64,000 nt of DNA from Nitrososphaerota archaeon (GTDB lineage: Archaea; Thermoproteota; Nitrososphaeria; PSMU01), in the NCBI GenBank assembly GCA_040290255.1, contig PSMU01000003.1:90437-154436 (forward strand). The letters are read 5' to 3'. Below the pieces are notes generated by a model. It did no database searches, was not told the origin of the DNA, and worked only from the letters and a program-made list of their open reading frames with translations. Positions 25,472 to 34,257 of the stretch are shown here, one piece after another. Every line of letters begins with the position of its first letter. Positions within the stretch are counted from its first letter, which is position 1. The position numbers and the translations under genes were made by a program.

Positions 25472-27232
25472 TTGAGGATCCTGGTGGTCACGGAGAAGCC
25501 GAAGATGGCCAGGGCCCTCGCCCTGGCCCTGGGCAAGTTCAGGACGGAGAGGAGGGGAAGGCTGCAGCTCTACTCGCTGGAGAGGGAGGGGGATGTGATC
25601 AGAATCCTGCCCCTTAGCGGGCACATCATGCAGGTGGAGACCGCCGAGCCCTATAGGAAGTGGGATAAGGTCGACCCGCTGGACATCGTCGCCAAGGAGG
25701 AGGCGCTCGTGAAGGTCCTGACGAGGCCCGACATCGCCTCGAGGCTGGCGGAGGAGGCCAGGCTTGCGGACAGGCTGATCATCGCCACGGACCCCGATGA
25801 GGAGGGCGAGAACATAGGGTTCGAGGCGGTGGAGCTCGCGCTCAGGGAGAAGCCCGGCCTGCCGGTGGACCGGCTCTGGCTGCCGAGCATGAGGCCCTCG
25901 GATATAAGGGCCCGTTGGGGAGAGCTTCAGCGGCTGAGGCCCCAGCTGGCCCAGAGCGTGGAGGCCAGGATGTACCTAGATGCGATGATAGGCTTCTCCG
26001 CCACGAGGGAGCTGACGCTGCTCAACAGAAGGGGCTTCAGCCCCAGGATCCTGAGCGTGGGCCGCTGCCAGACCGCCGTGCTCTATTTGATCTACGAGAG
26101 GGAGAAGGAGATTCGGGCCTTCAGGCCCACGCCCTACTGGAGGCTGCTGGCGCGCTTGGCGCAGCAGGGCCGCGAGCTCACGGCCGAGCATGTGGATTCG
26201 CCCTTCTATGATAGGGCCAAGGCCTCGGAGGCGTATGGCCGCTGCGAGGGGGCCCGAGAGGCGCTCGTGGAGAGCGCGCAGTTCCAGGAGAAGCTTCTGC
26301 CCCCTCCTACCCCCTTGAATACATCCGCCCTGCTGCAGCTCGCGGCGCGCGAAATGAGGTTGCCCGCGGCCCAGGTGATGCAGCACGCGGAGGAGCTTTA
26401 CCTTCAGGGCTACATAACCTACCCCAGGACGGATACGGACAGGTATGTGGCCTTCAACCACGAGGCAAACCTGAGGGCCCTGGCCAAGGGCGCCCTCCAT
26501 GCCAAATATGCGGGGGGCCTGCTGGAGGCAGGCCTCACGAAGCCCAGGCAGGGCAAGAGGTATGAAGGTGATCATGAGCCCATCACGCCCATCAAGCCCC
26601 TGGCCGAGCCCACGGAGCTGAGGGGGCCCCTGCTCAGGCTCTATGAGCTGGTGCTGAGGAGGTATCTGGCCCTGTTCGGCCCCGCCGCGAAGGTCATGGA
26701 GGGGGAGGCCCTGCTGCGCATCGGCGGCGAGCGCTTTAGGGCCAAGGGCCTGAAGGTGCTGGAGGAGGGCTTCCTGGCCATTTACCCATATGCGAGGCCG
26801 CAGCAGCAGGCGCTGCCGCCGGCCCAGGGCACTTCCCTGGAGGTCAGGGCCGTGGAGCTCGTGGAGGAGCAGACGAAGCCCCCTCCCAGGTATACCGAAG
26901 CGGCCCTGCTCAGGCTCATGGAGAGGCTTGGGATAGGAACGAAGTCGACGAGGGCAGGGCACATAGATACCGTGGTGAAGAGGGGATATGTGGTCAGGAG
27001 GGGCACGCTGCTCCTGCCCACCAAGCTCGGCTATCGGCTGGCCGAGGAGCTGCATAGGCTCTGGCCCGAATTCCTCAACCCATCGTTCTCCAGCGAGCTC
27101 GAGAAGAGGCTGCAGGCCATCGCCAGGGGCGAGAGGGGCTGGAGGGAAGTGGTCGACGAGGGCAGGGCGCTGTTCGGCGGCATGATGGTGAGGCTCAGGC
27201 AGGAGAGGGAGAAGTTCTCGCTGCGCGGCTAA
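25472..27232 (+). CDS. topA: DNA topoisomerase type IA
   Basis: TEKP, ATDPDEEGE (TOPRIM), SVGRCQT, ITYPRT (catalytic Tyr), GIGTKSTR. Confidence 0.93.
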   Translation: MRILVVTEKPKMARALALALGKFRTERRGRLQLYSLEREGDVIRILPLSGHIMQVETAEPYRKWDKVDPLDIVAKEEALVKVLTRPDIASRLAEEARLADRLIIATDPDEEGENIGFEAVELALREKPGLPVDRLWLPSMRPSDIRARWGELQRLRPQLAQSVEARMYLDAMIGFSATRELTLLNRRGFSPRILSVGRCQTAVLYLIYEREKEIRAFRPTPYWRLLARLAQQGRELTAEHVDSPFYDRAKASEAYGRCEGAREALVESAQFQEKLLPPPTPLNTSALLQLAAREMRLPAAQVMQHAEELYLQGYITYPRTDTDRYVAFNHEANLRALAKGALHAKYAGGLLEAGLTKPRQGKRYEGDHEPITPIKPLAEPTELRGPLLRLYELVLRRYLALFGPAAKVMEGEALLRIGGERFRAKGLKVLEEGFLAIYPYARPQQQALPPAQGTSLEVRAVELVEEQTKPPPRYTEAALLRLMERLGIGTKSTRAGHIDTVVKRGYVVRRGTLLLPTKLGYRLAEELHRLWPEFLNPSFSSELEKRLQAIARGERGWREVVDEGRALFGGMMVRLRQEREKFSLRG

Positions 27233-27828
27233 AGCACCTGCACGCTGCCCTCCACGGAGGGCAGGAAGAGCAGGTAGAAGGAGTAGGTGCCGGGCTCGTC
27301 GTAGACCCATGTAAAGTTCTGCCCCGGGTACAGCACCACCCTCCCGTAGGGCTGTATATGTAGCACGGTATAGTTCGCGCCCTGGTTTACCCAGATGACG
27401 GGCGTCACGCCGTGCAGGGCCCTCACCTTGGTTACGTTGAAGGCGCCCTCCTTCACCGCGATCACCACGGGCACGGGTTCATAAAGCCCCGTAGCATAGG
27501 CCGTGGTGCCCGCCGGGAGGGAGATGGTGAGCTGGGGGTTGAGCACCCTGTACCAGGGCAGCGGCGAGAAGCTCACCGTGTACGTGCCGGGGCTGAGCGT
27601 GAGCGTGAAGGGAGTCGTCCTGGAGATGCCCTCCACCGTGGCCTGCACGCTCAGGTCTACATACCGTTGCCCGGCGCCGGGATGGCGGTCAAGGGCCTTC
27701 GCCTGCACGATCAGCTGCCCGGGCCTCGTGAGCTGCAGGTAGGCATAGGCCGTGAGCCCGGCCATGAGCATCAGGGGCAGAAGGAAGGCGACCGCTCGGC
27801 CGAGAGAAGGGCCGCTTCTCCTGGTCAA
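27229..27828 (-). CDS. Membrane-anchored protein with PEGA-like and cupredoxin-like domains
   Basis: N-terminal TM, TTPFTLTLSPGTYTV, V.WVN...LYPGQNFTW.YDEPGTYSFY...G.VQV; probable TTG start at 27828, right after the pmbA stop. Confidence 0.65.
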   Translation of the reverse strand: MTRRSGPSLGRAVAFLLPLMLMAGLTAYAYLQLTRPGQLIVQAKALDRHPGAGQRYVDLSVQATVEGISRTTPFTLTLSPGTYTVSFSPLPWYRVLNPQLTISLPAGTTAYATGLYEPVPVVIAVKEGAFNVTKVRALHGVTPVIWVNQGANYTVLHIQPYGRVVLYPGQNFTWVYDEPGTYSFYLLFLPSVEGSVQVL

Positions 27829-27829
27829 G

Positions 27830-29152
27830 CTAGAAGAGCGCCCTGGTAACCCTGAAGCCCTCGGCAAGGATGGGGGGGCAGAGGGTGGGCGTCTCCACCT
27901 CCCACCACTTCACCCACCTCCTCGCCTTGCCCAGCAGCTTGGCCTTCGAGAGGAAGAGCGGCAGGCTGGAGCTGAGCCTGATGCCCGCGACGCCGTGCTT
28001 CACATCGCCCTGCTCGATGTAGAAGAGGCCATCGCGGGGCATGGTGGAAAACTCGCCCGTAAGATAATTCTGAAACCGCGTATACCATGTGTTCGTCACC
28101 AGGAGCCCCTTCTTGACCTCGCGCACCATCTCCTCCCAGGCGGCATCGCCCGCCTCCACCACCAGGTTCCAGGTCCTGGGCACAACGTATCCGGCGTTGC
28201 CCGTGCTCTGGGCCCTAAAGCGCCGCGCGGTGACGAGGTTGTGCAGGTAGGCCCTGAGCACGCCCCCCTGCAGGATCGCGGTTTTGCCCGTGGCCATGCC
28301 TTCATCGTCGAAGCTCCTCGCCAGCAGGCCTCCCTCCGCCTGGCCCAGGTCATAGAGCGAGATCTGGGGCGAGGCGACCTGCTGGCCCAGCCTGTTGGCC
28401 AGGAAGGACCCGCCTATCTCCACCGCATAGGCCGAGGCGAAGGAGCCCACGTGCTCCATGAGGTGGGCGGCCACCGTGGGCGAGAGCAACACCTCATACT
28501 CGCCCTCCTCGATGGCGGCCCTCGAGAGCATCCTCCTCGCCGCCTCCCCCGCTTCGCGCCCCGCAGCCCTGGGCTCCAGCGCCCTCAGCGCGTTGGCGCA
28601 GGAGAGCCCATGCCCGCTCGCCTCCTTATTCGCGAAGGCCCTGACGTTCAGCGTTATGCCTCCGTACTCGTTTTCGCCTTCGAAGCCCGAGGAGGTGCAG
28701 AGGGCGACGCGCCTGTGCAGCTGCGCGATGATGCCCGTGACCCTGGCCGCGCCCTCGCCGAGGGCCGCGTGGATCGCCTCCTGTGCGGCCTGGGCCAGCT
28801 GCTCGGGCCCCGCGGGCTCATAGCGCATACCAGCAGGAGAGCCCGTGGCCGGCTCCAGGTGCGTCTCCGCATCTCCCTCCTCGAGCGTCCTCAGCGAGCG
28901 CAGGAGCTTGGCGATGTGGTCCCGCAGATAGCCGCTCTCCAGCGCCGTGCTGGAGCCCACCACCCTCTTCCTGCCCTCGTTGAAGCAGAGCGTGACCCCC
29001 CTCTTTGCGGAGCCCAGGGCCAGGCTTAGGCCGTTGTTGGCGAACCTCACGTTATCCTCCCTCTCCTCCCAGGCCAGCACGGAACCATCCCTCACGCCCT
29101 CCCGCCTGGCCATCTCCAGCACCTGCCGGGCAAAGTCGCGCAGCTCGCTCAT
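27830..29152 (-). CDS. pmbA: TldE/PmbA family protein
   Basis: VRFANN, GEYEVLLSP, SFDDEG, STGNAG. Confidence 0.9.
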   Translation of the reverse strand: MSELRDFARQVLEMARREGVRDGSVLAWEEREDNVRFANNGLSLALGSAKRGVTLCFNEGRKRVVGSSTALESGYLRDHIAKLLRSLRTLEEGDAETHLEPATGSPAGMRYEPAGPEQLAQAAQEAIHAALGEGAARVTGIIAQLHRRVALCTSSGFEGENEYGGITLNVRAFANKEASGHGLSCANALRALEPRAAGREAGEAARRMLSRAAIEEGEYEVLLSPTVAAHLMEHVGSFASAYAVEIGGSFLANRLGQQVASPQISLYDLGQAEGGLLARSFDDEGMATGKTAILQGGVLRAYLHNLVTARRFRAQSTGNAGYVVPRTWNLVVEAGDAAWEEMVREVKKGLLVTNTWYTRFQNYLTGEFSTMPRDGLFYIEQGDVKHGVAGIRLSSSLPLFLSKAKLLGKARRWVKWWEVETPTLCPPILAEGFRVTRALF

Positions 29153-30612
29153 CTCCTGAGCACCCTAACGCCCCTTACGCGCACGTGCGGCCCCCCTATC
29201 CAGACGGGCAGGGGCTGCAGGGGGTCGCCCTTCCCGCAGCTGCCGGCCACGAACTCCAGGTCCTTGCCCCTCGCATCTATCGCGCTCCAGTACTTGGGCG
29301 TCGTGAACTCCACCACCGGATCCCTCACGGGGTGCTTGAGCTGGCCCCCCTCTATTAGATAGGCCTCCAGGCCTACATATCTCTGGTTGAGCCTCTTGTC
29401 ATCGATGTTCCATTCCCTGAAGCTCTTCACGTAGATGCCCAGCTCGACTTCGCGCACCATCTCCTCAAAGCCGTAGTCGCCGGGCTCGATGAAGGTGTTG
29501 GCCATCCTGACGATGGGCTCCACGTCGAAGGCTATGGCCCGCGCCGCCGAGTTGCTCTTGGTGCCGAAGGCCCTGGCGGACTGCCTGTTATGAAGCAGCT
29601 CGTTCACCCTGCCCTCGACGAGCAGCCGGCGCCTCCTCGCGGGCACGCCCTCGTCATCGTACAGATGAAAGCCGTAGGAGTTCGGCAGCGTGGGGTCGTC
29701 GGAGACCATCGCCTCCTGGCCCCCTATCTGCCTGCCCACGTCCTCCCTGCTCAGATACGACTCCCCCGCCTGCGCCCCCTCGCGGCCCAGGACCCTGTCG
29801 GCCTCCAGCGGATGGCCCACCGATTCATGCGAGGTGAGGCCCGAGACCTCGGGTGCCAGGATCACGTCCAGCTCGCCCGTGGGCGAGGGCTGGGCCTCCT
29901 TCAGCACCTTCACGAGGGCCTTCACATCCTCCTCGACCTTGTTCTCCAGGGCCAGCTCGCGCAGCAGCTCGAGCCCCCCGCTCATGCCCTCCTGCCTTGC
30001 CCTCTGGGCGCTCAGGCCCCCCAGCAGGGCCGTCACGAGAGAGAAGAAGTGAAGCCTGGGCACGCGCCCGCTCAGCGAGGCCCCCTCGCTGTTCACATAA
30101 TACTTCTCCTCGTAGGAGTAGCCCAGCACGAAGAGCCTGTAGGGGAGCTTAACATCATCTTGGGCGCGGAGCACGATGCCGTCCAGCCCCTTGAGCAGGG
30201 CCATGGCCTCCTGCTCATCCAGGTCGGCGAGGCGCCGCTGCTCCCTTGCCTCCCACTTCGCCCTATGCGCCCTCTCCTCGGAGAACTCGATGGGCTGCTT
30301 CAGCAGGCTGGAGGCTGCCCTGGCCCTCCTCACGATGCCCTGCACGAGCTCGGCCACGCTCTGCTGCGTGAGGAGGTTGGTCGCGCCAAAGGCCAGGGCG
30401 CCGTCCACCAGCACGCGAACCCCTAGCCCATAGCTGTCCACCAGCTCGGGAGGGTCGACCTTGCCCGACCTCAGTATGAAGGACTGCCCCTGCACCCTAT
30501 GAAGCCTTGCCTCAGCATAGCGCGCTCCCAGTTCGGTAGCCAGCCTCACGGCCCGCTCGGCCGCGTCCTGCGCCTGCTCGAGCAAGCGACTTCTCAAGGC
30601 CATGAGAACCAT
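29149..30612 (-). CDS. tldD: TldD family metalloprotease
   Basis: HESVGHPLEAD, DDPT, YDDEG, RMANT, CGKG. Confidence 0.93.
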   Translation of the reverse strand: MVLMALRSRLLEQAQDAAERAVRLATELGARYAEARLHRVQGQSFILRSGKVDPPELVDSYGLGVRVLVDGALAFGATNLLTQQSVAELVQGIVRRARAASSLLKQPIEFSEERAHRAKWEAREQRRLADLDEQEAMALLKGLDGIVLRAQDDVKLPYRLFVLGYSYEEKYYVNSEGASLSGRVPRLHFFSLVTALLGGLSAQRARQEGMSGGLELLRELALENKVEEDVKALVKVLKEAQPSPTGELDVILAPEVSGLTSHESVGHPLEADRVLGREGAQAGESYLSREDVGRQIGGQEAMVSDDPTLPNSYGFHLYDDEGVPARRRRLLVEGRVNELLHNRQSARAFGTKSNSAARAIAFDVEPIVRMANTFIEPGDYGFEEMVREVELGIYVKSFREWNIDDKRLNQRYVGLEAYLIEGGQLKHPVRDPVVEFTTPKYWSAIDARGKDLEFVAGSCGKGDPLQPLPVWIGGPHVRVRGVRVLRR

Positions 30613-30685
30613 GAGTAGATAAGCCTTTGGCCCCCTGTCCGACGCTTACATGCTTTATATACGGGCACGGCGCTCGAAGAAGGCG

Positions 30686-31216
30686 ATGGCCTATTCGGAG
30701 GAGGAGGTGAAGCGGGCGGCCGCGATGAAGCAGTGGCTAGAGGAAAGGATCAGGGAGCTGAGGGAGGAGGAGGAGAGGCTGAAGGACATGCTGGCCATCG
30801 TGAACGCCGTGCTGGGCGCCGCGAGCTTCAAGAAGGCCTCGAGCCTCTTCGAACAGATCACCGAGACGAGGGAGCTGAGGAGGCAGGCGGACGGGAGGCT
30901 GCTGGCCATCGCCGAGATAACCCCGAAGGAGCTCACGCTGAGGCCGGCCGAGGGGCTCAAGTTCTACACCAGGACGCCGCCCTTCAGGTCCTTCTTCGTC
31001 GGCAAGATCCTGGAGGGCATGAGGGCCTCCGATGAAGAGGGCGTGAGGAAGGGGGAGCTGAAGCCCGAGGAGGCCTTCGGCTACGCGCTCGAGGAGGAGG
31101 AGGGCGTGCTGAAGAGGATCATCATAAGGAACTACAGGGATCAGGTCAGGCTAAAGGACCTGCTGAAGAGCTTCCAGTGGACGCTCGAGAGGATGCTGGA
31201 GAAGGTCCCCGCCTAG
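30686..31216 (+). CDS. Conserved hypothetical protein with N-terminal coiled coil
   Basis: ATG 30686 lies ~25 nt after TTTATATA; codon usage matches the other genes; resembles a thaumarchaeal conserved hypothetical (from memory). Confidence 0.75.
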   Translation: MAYSEEEVKRAAAMKQWLEERIRELREEEERLKDMLAIVNAVLGAASFKKASSLFEQITETRELRRQADGRLLAIAEITPKELTLRPAEGLKFYTRTPPFRSFFVGKILEGMRASDEEGVRKGELKPEEAFGYALEEEEGVLKRIIIRNYRDQVRLKDLLKSFQWTLERMLEKVPA

Positions 31217-31265
31217 GGAAGGTTTAAAAGGGGGAAGGCACGCCGTTCCGTGGGCAAGGAGAGCC

Positions 31266-32720
31266 TTGCCCAGCTTCTACGAGCGGTTAAGGGATGCGGT
31301 AGGCGCATATACCTTCAGGGATGTGATCCTGCTGCCTGGCCTAAGCGAAGTGGAGCCGCAGGACGTGGACCTTGGCACGCGCTTTAGCACGAACATCATC
31401 CTGCGCCTGCCCTTCGTGTCATCGCCCATGGACACCGTTACGGAGGCCGACATGGCCATCGCGCTGGCCAGGGAGGGTGGGATAGGGGTGCTGCACAGGA
31501 ACATGAGCGTAGAGGAGCAAGTCGATATGGCGAGGCGCGTGAAGCGCGCCGAGTCCTTCATAATAAGGGATGTGGTCACCATATCGCCCAAGGCCACCGT
31601 AAGAGAGGCCCTCGAGCTGATGGCCAGGCATAACATCTCGGGCCTGCCTGTGGTGCTTGATGGCAGGCTCGTGGGCATCGTCACGAAGAGGGACGTGAGC
31701 TTCGCGGCGCCGAGCCTCCTGGTCGAGGCCGTGATGACCAGGGATGTGATCACCGCGGGCCCCTCGATCACGATCGAGGAGGCGAAGGCGATCATGCACC
31801 AGCACAGGGTGGAAAAGCTGCCCGTGGTGGACTCCGAGAAGAGGGTCATAGGCCTCATCACGATCAAGGACATCTACTCGAGGGAGAAGTACACCAGGGC
31901 CACGAGGGATGAGGAAGGGAGGCTCAGGGTGGCCGCGGCCATCTCTCCCTTTGACCTGGAGAGGGCCAGGGCGCTGGATAGGTATGTGGATGCGCTCGTG
32001 ACGGACGTGGCCCACTTCCACAACAGGGCGGTGCTGGAGGCGGCGAAGAGGCTGGCCAAGGAGGTGAGCGCGGACCTCATCATAGGGAACCTGGGCACGA
32101 GCCAAGGCGTCGAGGACGCCATCACATACCTCGAGAGGGTCGACGGGCTCAGGATGGGGATAGGCTCCGGCTCAACCTGCCTCACCTCCGACCTAACGAA
32201 GGCCGGCGCGCCGACGCTCTTCGCCGTCGCCCAGGCCGCGGACGTGCTGAGGAAGTACGGACAGGCCATACCGATCATAGCCGATGGCGGGATCAGGAAC
32301 CCGGGCGACGCGGCCGTCGCGCTGGCGGCGGGGGCTTCTTCGGTGATGATGGGCTTCGTCTTCGCGGGCTGCACGGAGTCGCCGGGCCACCTAATAAAGG
32401 TCGGCAACAGGTACTACAAGCCCCACCGCGGCATGGGCAGCGCGGCGGCCAGGCAGAGGAGGTATGCCGTGGATAGGTATCAGCCCTCGAAGGGGATCGC
32501 GGAGGGAGTGGAGGGGCTCGTGCCCTATAGGGGGGACGTGGCGAAGGTCGTGGAGGAGTTCGAAGCTGGCCTTAAGGCGGCCCTGGGCTATGCCGGGGCC
32601 AAGAGCATTCAGGAGCTGTGGGAGAGGGCCACCTTCGCGCTCGTCACGCCCAGCGGCGTGCAGGAGCTGAGGCCCCACAGCATCATCCTGCCGGGCGAGG
32701 GCGCGTATGAGGGCTCCTGA
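31266..32720 (+). CDS. guaB: IMP dehydrogenase with CBS pair
   Basis: SSPMDTVT, GIGSGSTCLT, IADGGI, HRGMGS, EGVEG. Confidence 0.96.
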   Translation: MPSFYERLRDAVGAYTFRDVILLPGLSEVEPQDVDLGTRFSTNIILRLPFVSSPMDTVTEADMAIALAREGGIGVLHRNMSVEEQVDMARRVKRAESFIIRDVVTISPKATVREALELMARHNISGLPVVLDGRLVGIVTKRDVSFAAPSLLVEAVMTRDVITAGPSITIEEAKAIMHQHRVEKLPVVDSEKRVIGLITIKDIYSREKYTRATRDEEGRLRVAAAISPFDLERARALDRYVDALVTDVAHFHNRAVLEAAKRLAKEVSADLIIGNLGTSQGVEDAITYLERVDGLRMGIGSGSTCLTSDLTKAGAPTLFAVAQAADVLRKYGQAIPIIADGGIRNPGDAAVALAAGASSVMMGFVFAGCTESPGHLIKVGNRYYKPHRGMGSAAARQRRYAVDRYQPSKGIAEGVEGLVPYRGDVAKVVEEFEAGLKAALGYAGAKSIQELWERATFALVTPSGVQELRPHSIILPGEGAYEGS

Positions 32721-34236
32721 AAAGATAGCCGTCCTGGACTTCGGCTCGCAGTACTCCCACCTGCTCGTGAGGCGGATAAGGGAGCTGGGCGTCTACGCCG
32801 AGCTCCTTCCTCATGATGCGCCGCTCGAAAAGCTGGCCGGGTACAGGGGCCTCGTCCTCTCCGGGGGACCGGCGCATGTCTACCAGGAGGGGGCGCCAAA
32901 GCCCCCTGAGGGGCTCTTCGGGCTGGGCAGGCCCGTGCTGGGCGTCTGCTATGGCCACCAGCTGATAGCCGCCCTGCTGGGGGGCAAGGTGGCCCGGGGG
33001 GAGGTGAGGGAGTACGGCAAGGTGCCGCTGCTGCACACGGGCCGCGGGCTCTTTTCGGGCCTCCCGAGCCCCCTGACCGTGTGGATGAGCCACTACGATG
33101 AGGTAAAGGAGCCGCCGCCCGGCTTCGCCATCACGGCCTCCTCGGAGGGCTGCCGCGTGGCCGCCATGGAGGACGGCGCCAGGGCCATCTACTCGCTTCA
33201 GTTTCATCCCGAGGTCTCGCATACACAGGGGGGCCAGGAGCTCCTGAGGCGCTTTGTGCTCGAGGTCTGCGGCTGCAATCCCTCTTGGTCGCCCGAGCAG
33301 GAGGTGGAGGGGCTCATAGAGCAGGTGAGGAGGGAGGTGGGCGACGGCAGGGTGCTCTGCGCCGTGAGCGGGGGCGTGGATTCCGTCACCACGGCCTACA
33401 TCGTGCACAGGGCGGTGGGCGATGGGCTCGTCTGCCTCTTCGTGGACACGGGCCTGCTCAGGAAGGGGGAGGCGGAGGAGGTCAGGGAGGCGCTCGAGCG
33501 CGCCGGCATAAGGTTCATCTACGTGAACGCGGCCGAGAGGTTTCTGGCGAGGCTGAAGGGGCTTCGCACGCCAGAGCAGAAGCGGCGCGCCATCGGCGAA
33601 GAGTTCGCCAGGATCTTCGAGGAGGAGGCCAGGAGGCTGGGCGGACTAACCCACCTGGCCCAGGGCACGCTCTATCCGGATGTCATTGAGAGCGCCGCGG
33701 CCGGCAAGCTCGCCTCGAGGATAAAGGCCCATCATAACGTCGGCGCCTTGCCCAAGGACCTCTCCCTTAAGCTCGTGGAGCCGCTCAGGTCCTTCTACAA
33801 GGATGAGGTGAGGAGGATAGCCAGGAGGCTGGGCGTGCCGGGAAGCATCGTCGAGCGCCACCCTTTCCCCGGGCCCGGCCTGGCCGTGAGGGTTATAGGC
33901 GAGGTCACGCCCGAGAAGCTGGAGGCCTGCAGGCTGGCCAGCCATATCGTGGAGGAGGAGCTCAGAAGGGCGGGCCTCTACTCCTCGGTCTGGCAGGCCT
34001 TTGCGGTCGTGGGCGATGACCTGGCCACGGGCGTGAAGGGCGATGAGGGGGAGTTGGGCTATATGGTGACCGTGCGCGTGGTCCACTCCGAGGATGGCAT
34101 GACGGCCACGTGGGCCAGGCTGCCTCACGAGCTGCTGGAGAGGATCAGCAGGAGGATCGTGGGCGAGGTGCCCGGCGTGACGTGGGTCACATATGCCATC
34201 TGCGATAAGCCCCCCTCCACCATAGAGCCCCAATAA
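32707..34236 (+). CDS. guaA: GMP synthase (fused GATase and ATPPase)
   Basis: LDFGSQY, GVCYGHQ, QFHPEV, SGGVDS, QGTLYPDVIES, HPFPGPGL, KPPSTIE. Confidence 0.96.
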   Translation: MRAPEKIAVLDFGSQYSHLLVRRIRELGVYAELLPHDAPLEKLAGYRGLVLSGGPAHVYQEGAPKPPEGLFGLGRPVLGVCYGHQLIAALLGGKVARGEVREYGKVPLLHTGRGLFSGLPSPLTVWMSHYDEVKEPPPGFAITASSEGCRVAAMEDGARAIYSLQFHPEVSHTQGGQELLRRFVLEVCGCNPSWSPEQEVEGLIEQVRREVGDGRVLCAVSGGVDSVTTAYIVHRAVGDGLVCLFVDTGLLRKGEAEEVREALERAGIRFIYVNAAERFLARLKGLRTPEQKRRAIGEEFARIFEEEARRLGGLTHLAQGTLYPDVIESAAAGKLASRIKAHHNVGALPKDLSLKLVEPLRSFYKDEVRRIARRLGVPGSIVERHPFPGPGLAVRVIGEVTPEKLEACRLASHIVEEELRRAGLYSSVWQAFAVVGDDLATGVKGDEGELGYMVTVRVVHSEDGMTATWARLPHELLERISRRIVGEVPGVTWVTYAICDKPPSTIEPQ

Positions 34237-34257
34237 AAAGCCTGAAAAGAAAGCGGC

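Noticed and set aside
25976-29029. 444-aa (-) and 425-aa (+) ORFs
   Set aside because: Antisense shadows of topA and pmbA.
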